From Eledone cirrhosa (Eukaryota), in the NCBI GenBank assembly GCA_964016885.1, contig OZ024740.1:280426001-280490000 (forward strand): a stretch of DNA of 64,000 nt. Direction: 5' to 3'. Each line of letters starts with the position of its first letter. Position 1 is the stretch's first letter. Below the pieces are notes generated by a model. The model saw only the letters and a program-made list of their open reading frames with translations. It was not told where the DNA came from and did not search any database. Positions 38,531-52,420 of this stretch are shown here, in pieces. A program made the translations under genes and the position numbers.

Positions 38531-41500
38531 TTATCTCTTTCTCTTAATTTCGAGTATATTTCTTTTGACCGGCCACCTTCCTGGTGGCAAGGTTGTAAAA
38601 GAAAAGAAATTGTTATCCCTTGAATCGCAAGAATGTTTTGCAAATTTTGAAGGTGCCAGCTATCGCAACCATGACTATGAATTAGGGAGCTGCGCTCTTT
38701 GTCCGCAAATCCAAGTTCAGTCATACTTTGGTCCAAGCGGGTTGGTATATAACCCGAAGCTCCAATAATGATGGGTATGAAGCTAAAGGTGTATCTTGGA
38801 TACTGGATTTGTAAACTCCTCATCAATGGTCCGTAGATGTCCTCCTTCTCCTGTATTTTTCTGACAACGTTTACATCAAGTGGGCAGCTGATCTCCACAA
38901 CAGAACACGTTTTCAATGTGTGGTCCCAAACAACAATATCAGGCCGGTTTTGCTTTAATTTGGTGGCAGTTATTATTTTCAGGTTCCACCAGTATTCCTT
39001 AGTGCTATCTGTCTCAATATATTCTTCCTCGTTTGTTGTTAATTTTGTTTTCCGAAGTGCGTTCCAGATGGTTCTAGCTATCCCATCGTGTCTCATGGGG
39101 AGGTAGTAGCGAGATGACATTCTTTCGCAGCTGGCAACAATGTGGCTTGCATCCTCGATCTTTGTTTTACATAGCCTACATTTATTGTCAGATATTTGGT
39201 AGGGAGTTCTTGTTCCTGTATTGCATAGAGATATCCCTCAAGGTGTGATGTCATAAACTTGTCGGAACTCCATGCCAGGCTTTTTGAGTGGTTTATCCCC
39301 TCTATGGTCTGTGTTTTACGTCTCAAGTATCCATGCACAACTTTTTCTGTAAATTGGTCAATTTTTTCCTCTTGTTTGAACATTGAATGGGATCTTCCGA
39401 TTTCTCTGGGTGAGAGATTTATATCAGGCTTTATTCTATATCTCTCTTCCAGATCAGTGGCTATTCTAATGATATTTTTTGGTTCATGTTCATAGACCTG
39501 GGAAAGATGGTTGGTGACCTTTCTTCTGCTGAAGATGTTGCTTCAGTGTTACTATCCGGGTCTCATATGATGTTAATATGGATTTTAGACCCCGGCCACC
39601 TTCCTTGCGTGAGAAGTATAGCCTATCCACATCACGATTGATGTTAAAGTTCTCAGTAACACTGAGAAATTTTCGAGTTCTAACATCAATCTCACTTAGT
39701 TCTTGCAATGACCAGTTCAGCAGGCCAAATGTTGGCGTTAGAATTGGCACAGCATAAGTATGTGGGCAATGTATTTGTTGTACGCTGACAGTTCTGATGA
39801 CCATATTTTCTTTACTCTTCTGAGGTATTCAGTTCTGGTTCTCTCCTTATTTATGGGTCCATCATATCTGACATTCTCAACCTGTCACATGACTGTAGAG
39901 GTTGTATTGTCAGGCCATTCATCTCTAGATTTCTATAGGAGGGCACAGCTCTTCCACGTTTTACTGCCAAATATGTACACTTGGACTCACCAAATTTCAT
40001 TTTGATGTCTGTTGAAAATTGTGTAATGAGGTCCAATTGTTTCTTGATGTCATTGATATTTGGCCCATACAACTTCAAGTCATCAACAAAGAAAAGATGG
40101 GAGATACTTCTGGACCCACTTCTTTGTCCACCTTGTTTCCTGAGTAGGCAAGATAGTGGATTTAGTGAGAGAACGAAGAGTAGCACTGACAAGCTATCAC
40201 CCTGAAAGATGCCCTTCTGGTAATGTATCTTATCAGTCTTAACTTGCTCCTTCTCACCTCTAAGGATAAAATTGGTGTACCAGTTCTTGGTCAGACGTTC
40301 AACAGCAGCTACCAGTGGTTGTGGGACTTTGGCTAACTGTAAAGCCTTAACAATTCACCCATGAGGTACACTATCAAATGCTTTCTGATAGTCCAGCCAC
40401 ACCACAGTCATGTTTCTGCGATTCTTTGTTGTTTTTTCTTGAATCATTTTATTAGTTAGTAGGTGATCTATGCAACCCCACACCTCCCTCTTTCCACCAG
40501 CTTGCTCACGTGTTATAATGTTGTTGGTAGCACAGTGATCCTGTAAGAACAGATTAAGGCACCCAGTGTATAATTTATACATGATGTTTTGGCAGGCTAT
40601 TGGGCGGTAATTTTTAGCAAGGGTGGTTTGGCTAATTTTGGGAATGAGGAGAGTAGTGGCAGTTGATAACCATCTGGGCAGTTCTTGTGTGCCTTTAATG
40701 GTTTCTGTAAACAGCCGTATGAGATCTTGCCGATAGAAAGTGAAATTCTTCAACCAGTATCCTGTAATGAGGTCTGGGCCTGGTGATTTCCTATTCGACA
40801 TTTTCTGTAGAGCTGTTTCCAGTATTGACCCATCTATGTCATATTGTTTTGTCTGGACATGTTGGCAGTAGTCCTGTTCCAGTTCTTTTAGCCAATTAGT
40901 TTGTCTGTTGAATCCGTCATCCGTTTCCCATACAGATCTCCAGTAGCTCTCAACCTGTTCTTTTGAAGGGGTGTCATTTACAGAGATTGAGCTTTTGCCA
41001 CCGAAGCTGCGATAAACTGATTTAGGATCTCTGGCAAACAATCTATTTAGCACTTGTCGTTTATGTGCTGTTGACTTATATTTTAGTCTTTCTGTTGTAG
41101 TTGTGAGTTGTTGTTTCAACTGGTGTAATTTGGAGTTTAAAGTTTTAAATTTTGTATCTCCAAAACGTCTCTCTAACTTTTTTTAGGTCTTCCTGGTGTC
41201 GTGTGAAGTTGCTCTCTATGTTGCATTTCATAACGACTGCGTTGTGTGAGTTACTTCGTCTCAGGGACAACATTTTGCTTTTTAAATTTCGCATCCACGC
41301 TGGTTCAGGCTTTTTGTTTGTATCTTGATTGCGTGGTTTTAGATGTGAGTTATATGATAGCAATGTGACAACTGAAACATATAACAAAATATTAAGCGTT
41401 TCAAATGTCATTTCTACACCTTTAGATCGTATAGCCTTCAGATAATTATCAGCTATTTCGTTCACCGCTTCCAATTCCAATTTAGTGGGTTATTTACTGA

Positions 41501-42100
41501 TTCTGGTGTTGTATGGTCTGTCACTCACATTAAGGTTGTGTATCTCTTGAAACATATCGTCCCATATCACTTGTAAAGTGTCCACAAGTTGTTGGTGTTC
41601 TGCTTGTACAGTAAAGTCATGAATTTCAGCCTCGTTGTTGATATAGTGACAATTACTACTAGAGTTAGCTGACCTTTCTTGCTGTTCTTCAGTGGAAGTG
41701 GGATGGATTTCAGCAAAATTGTTGGTGAGCTGTTCACTGTTAGATTTAGCTGGCCATTCTTTTTGTCTGTCAGTGGAGGTGGGGTGGTTGTATACAAGGG
41801 CTGTACTTGTAGTATCACTCAATTCCGTTAGATGTATCAATTTACATCTAACGATACGTTTTGCCTGTTCATTTAAATGCTTTGGAGAAAAGTCTAATTC
41901 TGGGTGTTTGGAGTTACATAAAGTATTTAGCCTTTGCATAAAACCGAACTTTTGGGGTTCAGATTGTTTGTATGCTTCATATAATTCTTTGTTAAGCTCG
42001 TAGCTCCACTGTATACAATGGTTGTAGTTGCGATTTGGTCGAAGGAGACTCATCATTTATTTCAACAGCCGTGTATAAATTTGAAATATAAAAAAGGTTC
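38531..42100 (-). mobile_element. Near full-length, disrupted R4/Dong-clade non-LTR retrotransposon
   Basis: KSPGPDLITGYWLK, NYRPIACQN.MYK, EQAGG, WLDYQKAFDSVPH, GIFQGDSLS, HLFFVDDLKLY, RKEGGRGL, RHD, NRPDIVVWD, EISCPLD; multiple frameshifts; 5' end uncertain. Confidence 0.88.
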
Positions 42101-42802
42101 ATAAAAGAAAAAAGTATGATACACTATTTACAAAGAAGAGAATAAAAAAGCTCTTATGAATAGAATGAAGTGGTTCATTATTGAGAATGCATTAACCAAG
42201 CTAATAACCAAGTTAATAAGCAATCGAGAAGGATTATAATAAAAAAACCAATGTCTTTTCATGCAGTTCACGAGAAAATAATTTGCTCATGGACATTTTA
42301 ATTCAATCTTGATTTCGGTTGAGTGTATTTAAATTTATTTTGAATTTATCTTACATTTGTACATTCGAAAATATATCTGTACATTGTAACACGTGTATAA
42401 ATGTAAACTCTTTGTATATATATTTAAGTAAATTTGAAATTTACAATAATAGTCGATCACTATAAACAATAGTTGTGAAAATCGAGTAAAGTACCCCTGA
42501 AGACAGAACATAGGGAATGCAGGCGCCCTTGTAAAGTTTTTCCGCCCACAAGAGTACTATATTCGTTATTTTCAACAATTTTCAACATTAACTCTCACAC
42601 ACTCATCTTTCTACACCTTTATCTTCACCAAGATGAACAATAGAACACAAACGTTTACTGTTTGTAAACAAGTTTTATCTCGTTTATTGTATTTTATTTT
42701 AATCTAACTTTTCCCTACAGCTTACTTTTCTTATCTTGCTCTGAACCGCATGTACTAAAAAAAGAAACGAACAAAAAAAAATAAAAAATTCCACAACCCA
42801 TT

Positions 42803-42837
<35 letters not shown>

Positions 42838-42900
42838 CATACATATATATACATATATATATATATACATATATATATATATTAGTATTGGTGCTCTGAT

Positions 42901-42939
<39 letters not shown>

Positions 42940-42940
<1 letters not shown>

Positions 42941-44376
42941 TATAAAATAACACGAGGCTGGACTGGTGTAATTCCTTAAAAGGTTTATTATATTATGATC
43001 ATTTCAGTGACCAGGTTCAATATGAATCCGGTGACATCATCAGGTATTCGAAGTATAACAAAGGAATATAATAGACAAAATCCATGGGGCTGAAAATCAG
43101 AGACACGAGGGCGGCCGAACATTTAGCAGCTTCTACCCCGGTCGGCCGCCCTCAAGTGATGATTATTAAGTCTACATATGTCCATCTGATGAAGGGGCGT
43201 AGGCTTATACCACCCCGTCATAGACAGAGGCCAGCGGTGTGCAAGAAAGTGCCGCGAAAGATATATGTAGTAATATATAGTGGACGTCCGCATAATATAA
43301 TGTATGGTCAGAAATTACGATTGACAATTAGAAACGTTAAATTTATGTTTAGAGTTAGAAGATGCCATTTAAGATGAAATTAGAAAAGTAAGATTTAGGT
43401 TTAAAGTTGTGAGATTTAGTTAAAGAATTTACAGAAAAAGCTTTCACGATAAAGTTTCAGGGTAGAATATAGAGTAAAGATTAAGCCCATGCTTAACGGT
43501 CAATAACCAGCGACGTTGCGGATCCTCGGCCAGCCCGGGGCCCAACGGCGTGTCAGCCGTTCCGAGTATTATCGTCTAGCGAAAGAAATGGAAATTTATT
43601 TTTCCGAGCACTCCAGGAATGTTAACTGTCTTAAGCGTCGGGTGTGTTAGCGGGAAGTCCGCCACCGTCGGCTGGCTATCGTAAATACCAAACGATTACT
43701 AGTTATTCACACCGGTGGGGGATTTAGTTATGTGCTAGTAGAAGGAGGCATGATAAAGTTAAAAGTTATGATTAAGCCTAAAATTTAAAGGTACTGTTTG
43801 GCAGTCAATAACCGGTGGCGCGGCGGGTTCCAAGTCTGACAGGGCCCCAGGGCGAAGCAGCCGTTCCGAGTATTGTCGTTTACCGAAAGAAGGGGAAATT
43901 ATTTTTACAAGCACTCAAGGAAGGCTGATCGACCCGAGTACCTGGCGTACAGTCGGGAAAGCCACCACATCCGTCGGATCATCTCGTGTACCAAACGATT
44001 ATTAGTTATTCACACCCGTGATGTTAAATTGAAAGTGGCAAAATCTGATGAAATGTGCAAATAGACTATATTTAGTCCCCAGTTAGTCCGGGTTATATGT
44101 AGTGTGATTCTTGGGTGGGTAGGGGGAGTGAATAAAGATAAACAGATACAAGGGTACAGAGAGTAATATTCTAGAGTCGTGTGGTAATGAGTACAAGGAT
44201 AAGTATATAATGAGAGTAAAGCGAGTAAATAAATACATAAATAAAATGCAGTCGTAACTAGGGTGGTAATGAGGGAGTAAAATGGAAGTATATAAGAACA
44301 TATCGAAGAAATCAAAATACAGAAGAAATAAAATACAGATCAAGGTGCAGTAAATGAACAATAAATAGCACGGTTG

Positions 44377-44380
<4 letters not shown>
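42940..44380 (-). mobile_element. Probable solo LTR inserted in (TA)n
   Basis: 1.44-kb block bounded by TA tracts; minus strand begins tatagcaaccg and ends aataaa...cctcgtgttattttataa (U5-like); non-coding; canonical TG..CA ends not seen. Confidence 0.45.
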
Positions 44381-44428
<48 letters not shown>

Positions 44429-44851
44429 GTATGTGTGTGTGTGTGTATGTATGTGTGTTTATGCTAATGTGTTTTTCAGTCACTGATCTTAATTTTGACT
44501 GTTTAATTTACTAGTCTGTTTTCATGTCCTATCAATAGTCAAGTGTCGTTTGAGGTATCTCTGTATTAGATACATGTTATGTTTGCTATGCATGTTATGT
44601 CTGTAAATAGTTTAACCAGTATTGCTTTATCGGCTCATGATTTGGTATTTGAGCGGTTCTATGTTGGATTTAGCTTATTGACATGCTAATACCGTGTTTA
44701 AAATACGTTGTTTTCAGCTGTTAGTGCTGTCTTGCAGAATATATTGAAATTCGTTGCGCTTTATTGGAGAACCGGGTTTGTAAAAGGTCGTTCTATTGTG
44801 ATTCAAACTTTGTTTATTTAAGATTTTGGCTTATATTTTGTCTGTTTGTAT

Positions 44852-45024
44852 CAGACGGGGAGATCGCCCACCAACTTTGGCGTGGGTGAGAGATGCCTTC
44901 TCTTGTGCAAATGGGTATAGCTTTCGTTATGTAAAATCTCCCCATTTTGCCTCATTTCTCTCCGTTTTGGGGCACTTTTTTTCATGGTACTCCCCGTTTG
45001 GGGTTTCAGAGGTTGGCAAGTCTG
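44852..45024. mobile_element. MITE with CAGAC termini and 6-bp TSD (left end internally deleted)
   Basis: Homologous to 48301-48496; TSD ttgtat on both sides. Confidence 0.75.
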
Positions 45025-46864
45025 TTGTATGTATATGATAATTTTCATGGGGCTTGATGATGGATTATCCGTCATGTTTGACGATGAGCATTCGGATTTT
45101 TGATCAACTAGACGGCCGACTCCGATAAATGGTTGAGTATTCCACAGACACGCATACCCTTAACGCAATTCTCAGGCAGAACCAGCATGACACAATATGT
45201 GAAAAAGCTGGACTTTTGAATTGCTTCCACATAGTTTCCATTTACCAAATTTCACACATGCGGCTTGAGTCGGTTCGAAGCTATGGTAAAGATATTTGCC
45301 CTACGTACTACGACGCAGTGGATTGGAAACCAAGAGATCATTATTGCGAAGCGAACTTCTTAACCGTTCAGACATTTTCCTTAACTTGCAAATGATGTTT
45401 CTATGTTGTTCGAGCATAGTTGTTACTTACAAATTCTTTCCCGGGGTAATGACAAGTTGTCAACGTTCCATCTATGACTACCCCGCCTTATTTTCTTGCA
45501 TAACATATTCAGAAAGTGGTTATCCTAGATAGTCATCGATTTTTATAACACTAGGTTGAAGTTTAAGGAAGATTTGGTTGCTATTTCTAACAGGACGAAG
45601 AAGCACGCATCTGCTCCCTTACTGGGTTTTCAGACAGTGGCAAACACAATAAAGCAGGAAATAAGCACACAAAATGTTGAATCTACTCTACGGCTTAGAT
45701 TCCCAGCTGAAAGTCATTTAACTTCGCTTACGATGGTCATACACTTGGGGAGAATATGAAATGGAATAATTATAAAATTTTACAAAAAATTGGTCACATT
45801 CAATTGTAGTGTTACAATATACTATTGAAGATAGTTCTTATTTCATCGAACCTGAAGGAGTGTAAATTGTGGAATTTAACTTAAAATATAGTTATTTAGT
45901 AATTCAGTGTTCACCTATATTTGCTTCTACCCACTCCAAACCAAATTCAAATAATAGGAAAAAATAAAACAAAAACATCTCTTATACAACATAGCTGAAG
46001 CGATGTACTTCAACTTTGCTCTCTCACTTTTTCTTCTTTTGTTTTTCTGTTAGTAATGTTTTCTTACATTCGTTATACATTTGATTATTTTTTTAAAAGT
46101 TTGTTTTCTTTGAAACATTTAGAATTTGGTTAACACCCTTCCGCTTGAAACAAAATTTAATGAATATTATCACAATAGAAAAAAATGCTAAAAGTTAATT
46201 TGATCCAGACATGCCAAAAGATAAAACCTTATTAACAATAAATGTTATCAATATCTGATTATTCAGCTCCCCCACTAACATTTTCTAGTTATTGAAATAC
46301 TGAACATTTCATTTCGGGTTTCTTCATTAAAATATATGAAAAAGCAATTGCAAAAAAGTTAACAGATTTATGTTTTCTATTATCTCTATTTTTCTTGAAT
46401 GGCAGATTCTTCAAGTAATTAATATGCAACACGTGGCCAAGAGTTAGAGTGTTCAGCTCGCAATCCAAAGGTCATCAATTCGATTTCCGGTGGTGTATTG
46501 TGTCCTCGAGGAAAGGAATGCATTGAAGACTCTCGTTAATTTCACTAGCAAGCTGTTCCATTGCTTGAACAACAGGAACACAAAACGGTGGTACAAGACG
46601 CATGCAACAGAAGTATATTCGATATCACAATTGTTCATCACTTATTTTATCTTACTGGTACTCAGACATCTGTTCCGACCTTGATTTAGAACTTCTAGCT
46701 ATGTGGACTGAAGCAAATAGAATGTAGTATCTTTACAATGCAAAGTTTATGATCAGAGATAAATGTCTAGAAACTGAAAACCACATATTTTATGGTTACT
46801 GTCCCTCATGCTTTGAATCTCTTAAAGACCGCATCACGGGTTCCCGTTGAAAATACGTTTTATA

Positions 46865-47000
46865 AATAGGTTGGTTGTTTAATTGTTAATTGTCAAAGTT
46901 CATTCGTCACACATCTTGTGACTTTCTCAATGACTATTCTTGCTCCTCTGTGCCTCCATTTTGTTCTGATCTTGTTTTCTCTACTCCATCTTGTCACTTT
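46865..47000 (-). mobile_element. Decayed Penelope pLTR copy with a broken HHR
   Basis: tgtcaaagttcattcgtcacacatcttgtgactttctcaatgact aligns with 633-676 and 22753-22795. Confidence 0.5.
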
Positions 47001-48300
47001 TTCCTCGACGATTTGCCTTTCTCAATTCGCCCGCATAAGGTTTCGGTGTCGGGACGAGCTTGGTGATGGAAAGGTGGTTAGTATCGCAACTTCCAACTTT
47101 CGATACAGCTACATGCCTAGAGGCACTGTGCGCCGTAGGTAAGCCCTTGATTTGCCGTCACCGTTGGCTCATCTACCCTCCCCACTCGTTAACGCCCGTA
47201 GTCGCCGTAGCTGCCGTTTACTCGATAACTTGCCTTTCTCTATCCGCCCGTTTTATAAATAATTACATTTAAATTACATTCATTTTTAATGTGGACATAA
47301 ATATTTTCTTAAACATAAAATCCTGCAAGGACAGAAGATTCTAGTAGGGCATAACACATTACTATTAAGAAAGCTTTAACATCTTTACAATCAATATATA
47401 AATTAAACAGTATTTAACGACAAATGTCTAAGCAACAAAGAATAAGACTTTGTGTGGATAGTGAGAGAAATATTCAACCAGATAATTTACAGGTACCAGT
47501 GAACCAGTCCGTGAATGGAATTCAAAATATCGACAAGTATTGTAGTAAGAGAGGCATTGAAATATATGGAAATTACAATTAGAATAGAAACATTAACTTA
47601 AAACAAAACTTGTAATTTGTTTGGAGAATGTAACTGGAAATATGGAAAAAACGAATCTTTCGATAATTGTTCAACTAACGCCTACGAGGTGGTTCATATC
47701 TTTGTTGCACTGAAATTTCATTTCACCTCGAAGTACATAATTTGTTGTTGTTGTTGTTGTTGTTGTACAGACTGTGGAGTTTGAAAATCAAAGCTTACGC
47801 CAGTAGGATTTGAACGCCCATATAACAAAAACCTAACTAATATTACAGGAACTTGAATCGCCCACGCGAATCATCACCCTCTATCAAATTAACATGTATC
47901 AATAACTATTGATCATATCAATTACCAGTAGACTAAATAGGAGACTGGGTCTATATAAGACATAGAAAAAACAGTTTCCGCCCAAATATACGTTTCTATG
48001 TTAGTATAGGTGACAATCAAAAAGTTCCAGATATCCAGCAATCCGAACTGCTCTGAACTAAATACCTAAAACATTTAGTTCTGTTATTAAATTTTAGCCT
48101 CAAATTCTTCACCCTTTCCTGCACTCAATGTTGATAAAATAAATACCAGTCAAGTACTAGAATCGATGTAACTTGCTCGATATAAATTTTTGTAATTCGA
48201 TATTGTAAAGATCACTATTTAAGTGGGAAGTTATGCTATAAATATATCTTGAAACAGACAAAAACCCGATGTATTTAAAATAAATTTTTAATATATAATT

Positions 48301-48496
48301 CAGACCTGTCAACTCTCACCACCCGACGGGGAGATCTCCCGCCCACTTTGGGGTGGGCGAGAGATGTCTGCTCTTGTGAAAAGGGGTATCACTTTCATTA
48401 TGTAAAATCTCCCCATTTTGCCCCATTTCTCTCCGTTTTGGGGCATTTTTTTTTCATGGTACTCCCCATTCTGGTTTTTAGAGTTTGGCAGGTCTG
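48301..48496. mobile_element. MITE with CAGACCTG.CAA TIRs and 6-bp TSD
   Basis: cagacctgtcaac / tttggcaggtctg; TSD ataatt on both sides. Confidence 0.8.
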
Positions 48497-49699
48497 ATAA
48501 TTGATTATCAATATTTTATCTTCAATTAAATATTTTACTAATTTTGAACTTAAAATTAAAAACAAAAACATTCTGAATGAGATGAAAAAAAGTTCCATTT
48601 TTACTGAACGATTAAAAAGGATTAAAACATATATTCCAATACATTAGAGAAAAAAATGCAGTTAAATAGTAAAATATAAATTTAATGTAATGTCAGCACA
48701 AAAATACGTAAGTAAAAATTCTGAAGAAAGAAGAAAAAAAGAAAGGAATCAGATGAAAAGCAGTTGTTTTCTGTTTTAACGTCGTATGAAAACTAACGTA
48801 AACAATTTATCCAAACATCTGTTTGTTCCAACATCACCCCACCCAGACATGTTGCAGTCATGACAACAAAACATGAATGAAAAACTGTCAGAAAGTAAAA
48901 GCATAGCTGGAATTGCACACATATATCATATATATGTATATATGATACAGGCCTCGAGTACATAAACGAAATAAACATACAAGTAAATAAAATATTAACA
49001 AAATCAAGTAGCGGTCATGTAACATTTCGAATTACGGTGCGTTTGATTGGAGGTCGGGGAGAAGAAATATGTGAACGCTACAATTTCGGTACGTCCTCCC
49101 ACACGTTTGGAAGATATTTTGTTTCCATTATACCACCCATTTAAAGAGTCATTAGCAACAGCATGAAGTTGTCTATATAAATGTTGCTTTCGCAGCTACA
49201 CACCATTAAATACCGGCATTCAGAAGCATTAAAGTCGTGTTACGTTTGAGGAAGATGTCTACGTCATTTTTTTTCACAAACGTTAGAAGCAACAAGAGAT
49301 GCTCGGGAAGATATCGAAAAGAATTCGAACTGATGATCCTATGTTTACTCTTTGTAAGTAATTGATTCTTCTTCTTCTTCTTCTTCTTCTTCTTCTTCTT
49401 CTTCTTCTTCTTCTCTTTTGTTTTGTTACATGCTTTCACTGCACTATGCACTGCAACTTTGTGAACCCTAGGGATGTACAGTCTTTTGTTTGGGGTTATT
49501 ACTTTATAATGCCATTTTCTGTTTGTCGTGGAGAAAGTTCTGGTGTGTCTGGTTATCTATGTTTTTGAATGTTTTTTTTAATCTTTCATAGGGTGCCTAT
49601 TATTCTAGAGATTCTGTTTTCAGTCCCCATATTCCGGTTATCTCTATTTCCAGATCTTTCTGATAATTCACTTAATTACTTAGCTTTGTTTTATTACTT

Positions 49700-50720
49700 A
49701 ACTGGAAACTCGGTCAATCGAGGGACAGCAGTTCTCTCGGTGGATTGGATCATAACCCCAGAGAGAAATCAACTGGGGAGACATCAACAGCATAGTGGCC
49801 AGTCTTACTTAGAAATGGATTGAAAGGAAGCTGTCCCCGAAAGATTGGGCTTACATGATAAAAACATTTGACCAGATTGGAGCGCATACTCTTTCAAGAA
49901 ACCTGTTCTGCTGGTTACGAAGCCCATATACTGGCAACTCTCACTCCTAGGGATTCTCGGGATAACCTGATTAATCACGTACAGGAACACTCTGAGGCTG
50001 TGGATGGCGAGTACGGAGAACAGGTGTGGTTGCTGCCCGTCTTCTCGCAACATATTTCTTTAATTAAGCTACAGTCCTGAGTTAAGAGCAGGCAAAGGAT
50101 GGGTGGTTGGCTTCTAGAATGTTGATAGATGCTCACTGCACTGTGTTAGTTGAATATTGTTTTCGGTGGAAAGCCAAATATCACATACTTCCGAGAGGTA
50201 GCGGAGGTTTGAGCGACAATGGCCTGGGAGAAATTATGGGCGACGATAAGTACAGTTCGAATAGCGTCTGCTGGAACACTTTCGGGTCTGAGAGTCTGGA
50301 CGGTTTCCTGGCAGTGTTACAGAGAGGTAGCGCCTGTCTGGGATAAACACTACATACATAATTTTATTGGAGACAGCAGTAATTGAATATGTTTAAGATG
50401 CGTGCTGGGTCATGGAAGCGCCTGTAATAGAGTCGTTCAGAGTTTGTGCAGGACACATCTGGTTATCATTCGAGTTGGACATGAAGATTAACCCAGTGTC
50501 TTCCTTTGTCGAGAAATAACACGTAGACGTACTCCACCTAGTCGTCAGGGCAAGGGAAATTGTAGATGGGAATAGGCAGAAAGATTTGCCAAGCTCTCAT
50601 AAGCTTGAAGAAGAAGGCGACAGAAGAAAAAGAAGTGCTGTCCGCCAATAAATCTCTTCAAGTCGATAAGAGTGGGTAAATTAGGGTAATTTTGTGACCA
50701 TGTTAAATTTTTGGATATGT
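49700..50720 (-). mobile_element. Very decayed LINE relic (CR1-like RT C-terminus)
   Basis: ISKNLTW...LLQAYESL-like pattern; weak. Confidence 0.3.
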
Positions 50721-50739
50721 GACCTAGAGCGTCGGACAC

Positions 50740-51176
50740 CCAGATTCGCGGCATAGAGATACGTCCCTTTACGTTCTGAGTTCAAATCCCGCTGAGGTTA
50801 GCTTTGCTTTTCATCCTTACGAGGTCGATGAAATAATACACCAGTAATGCATATAATCAGTAATGCATATAATCGATATCATCGACTTTCCTTCCCCTAC
50901 AAATTCTGGCCTTGTGCCTATAGTAGAAATCATTATCATTATTATTATTAGCAGTAGGGCGGTAGATTGGCAGTATCGGTAGAGCATCGGACAATATGCT
51001 TTATGGCATAAGGTTACGCCACTTTACGATCTGAGTTCAAATCCCGCGAGGTTAGCTTTGCCTTTCATCCTCACGAGGTCGATAGAATATAGCATCAGTA
51101 ATGCACTGGGGTCGATTTAATCAACTTTTCTCTCCCCCCTAAAATTGCTGGCCTTGTGCCTAAAGTAGAAACAATT
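50740..51176 (+). mobile_element. Two tandem SINE copies
   Basis: Repeated gagttcaaatccc...gaggtcgat...ggccttgtgccta.agtagaaa. Confidence 0.8.
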
Positions 51177-51255
51177 ACATCAGCAGGTGTATCTCCATGT
51201 TTTTTTTAGGTGTGTGCAGTATTGACCACAGAACAGTCTTATTTCTGTTTTGAGA

Positions 51256-51319
<64 letters not shown>

Positions 51320-51415
51320 GTGTGGGTGTGTGTGTGTGTCGGAGGAGTCTTCTTTCTGGTGAAGCGTAGTGTTTCTTCGTTTCAGTTGTGTAGAATATCC
51401 CATGTGAGTGAATTA

Positions 51416-51616
51416 CGAGGGTCGGCTGAAAGGTTCATAGGCTGACCAAGATACTCTCATGGAATAATAAAATGTGTTTTATTTTGTAACATAGTAGTCC
51501 CTGGAAAGAAACAATGCAATTATTTGTAAGAAAATTTGAAATTAATCCATGCAAGATTTCATAGCTCTAGCATCGCTCCTTCATAGTCAGCCTATGAACT
51601 TTTCAGTCTACTCACG
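51416..51616. mobile_element. Tc1/mariner-type MITE
   Basis: TIRs cgaggggtcggctgaaaggttcataggctgac / gtcagcctatgaacttttcagtctactcacg; TA on both flanks. Confidence 0.75.
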
Positions 51617-51840
51617 TATTTGTGCTAAGTACATGTACTATGAGTTGTGTTATGTGTTACTTACTGCGTTGGGTATGTACTATGAGGGTTGAACTTTTAT
51701 TATCGTAGCGAATGTCTGACCGACCAAACAACATCTAGCGGGAACAGTTGAAGGTCATGATATTTACTATAGAGCGACGTAAATGATTTCAAATTTTTAA
51801 AGCCTTATTTCCTAAGTGAGAAAAATAGGATAAATAAAAT

Positions 51841-52420
51841 AACTGTTTCTACTTTTGACACAAGGCCAGCAATTACCCCAGTGCATTACTGGTACTTTAT
51901 TTGATCGACACCATAAGGATGAACGGCAAATTTAACCTCGGTGGGATTTGAACTCAGACCGTAAAGGACCGTAACTCTATGCGGCAAAGCATAGCGTCCC
52001 ACCCTCTACCGATGCTGCCAATCCACCGGCTTAGGATAAATAAAATGGTTTCTTATATAGACACAAGGCCAGCAATTTGGAGGAGGGGAAAGTTGATTAA
52101 ATCGATCCCAGTGCGTGACTGGTACTTTATTTGATCGACACCGTAAGGATGAACGGCAAAGTTAACCTCGGGGTTTGAACTCAGGCCGTAAAGGGGCGTA
52201 ACTCTATGCAGCAAAGCATGGCGGCCGACCCTCTACCGATACTGCCAATCCACCGCCTTAGGGTGAATAAAATAATGGTTTCTTATAAAGGCACGAGGCC
52301 AGCAATTTTGGGGGCGGGGTGGTCGATTAAATCGACCCCAGTACGTGACTGGTACTTTATTTTATTGACCCCGTAAGGAAGAAAAGCAAAGTTAACCTCG
52401 GCGGGATTTAAACTCAGAAG
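51841..52420 (-). mobile_element. Three tandem or nested SINE copies
   Basis: Copies separated by a repeated taggataaataaaat-like target sequence (51826, 52032, 52259). Confidence 0.85.

Noticed and set aside
42480-42560. HDV-like ribozyme at the 5' end of the R4 element
   Set aside because: Some pairing exists, but P1/P3/P1.1 could not be assembled by eye.
43805-43850. Twister-like GGTTCCAAG motif
   Set aside because: P2 and pseudoknot partners are missing, and it is not conserved in the duplicate copy.
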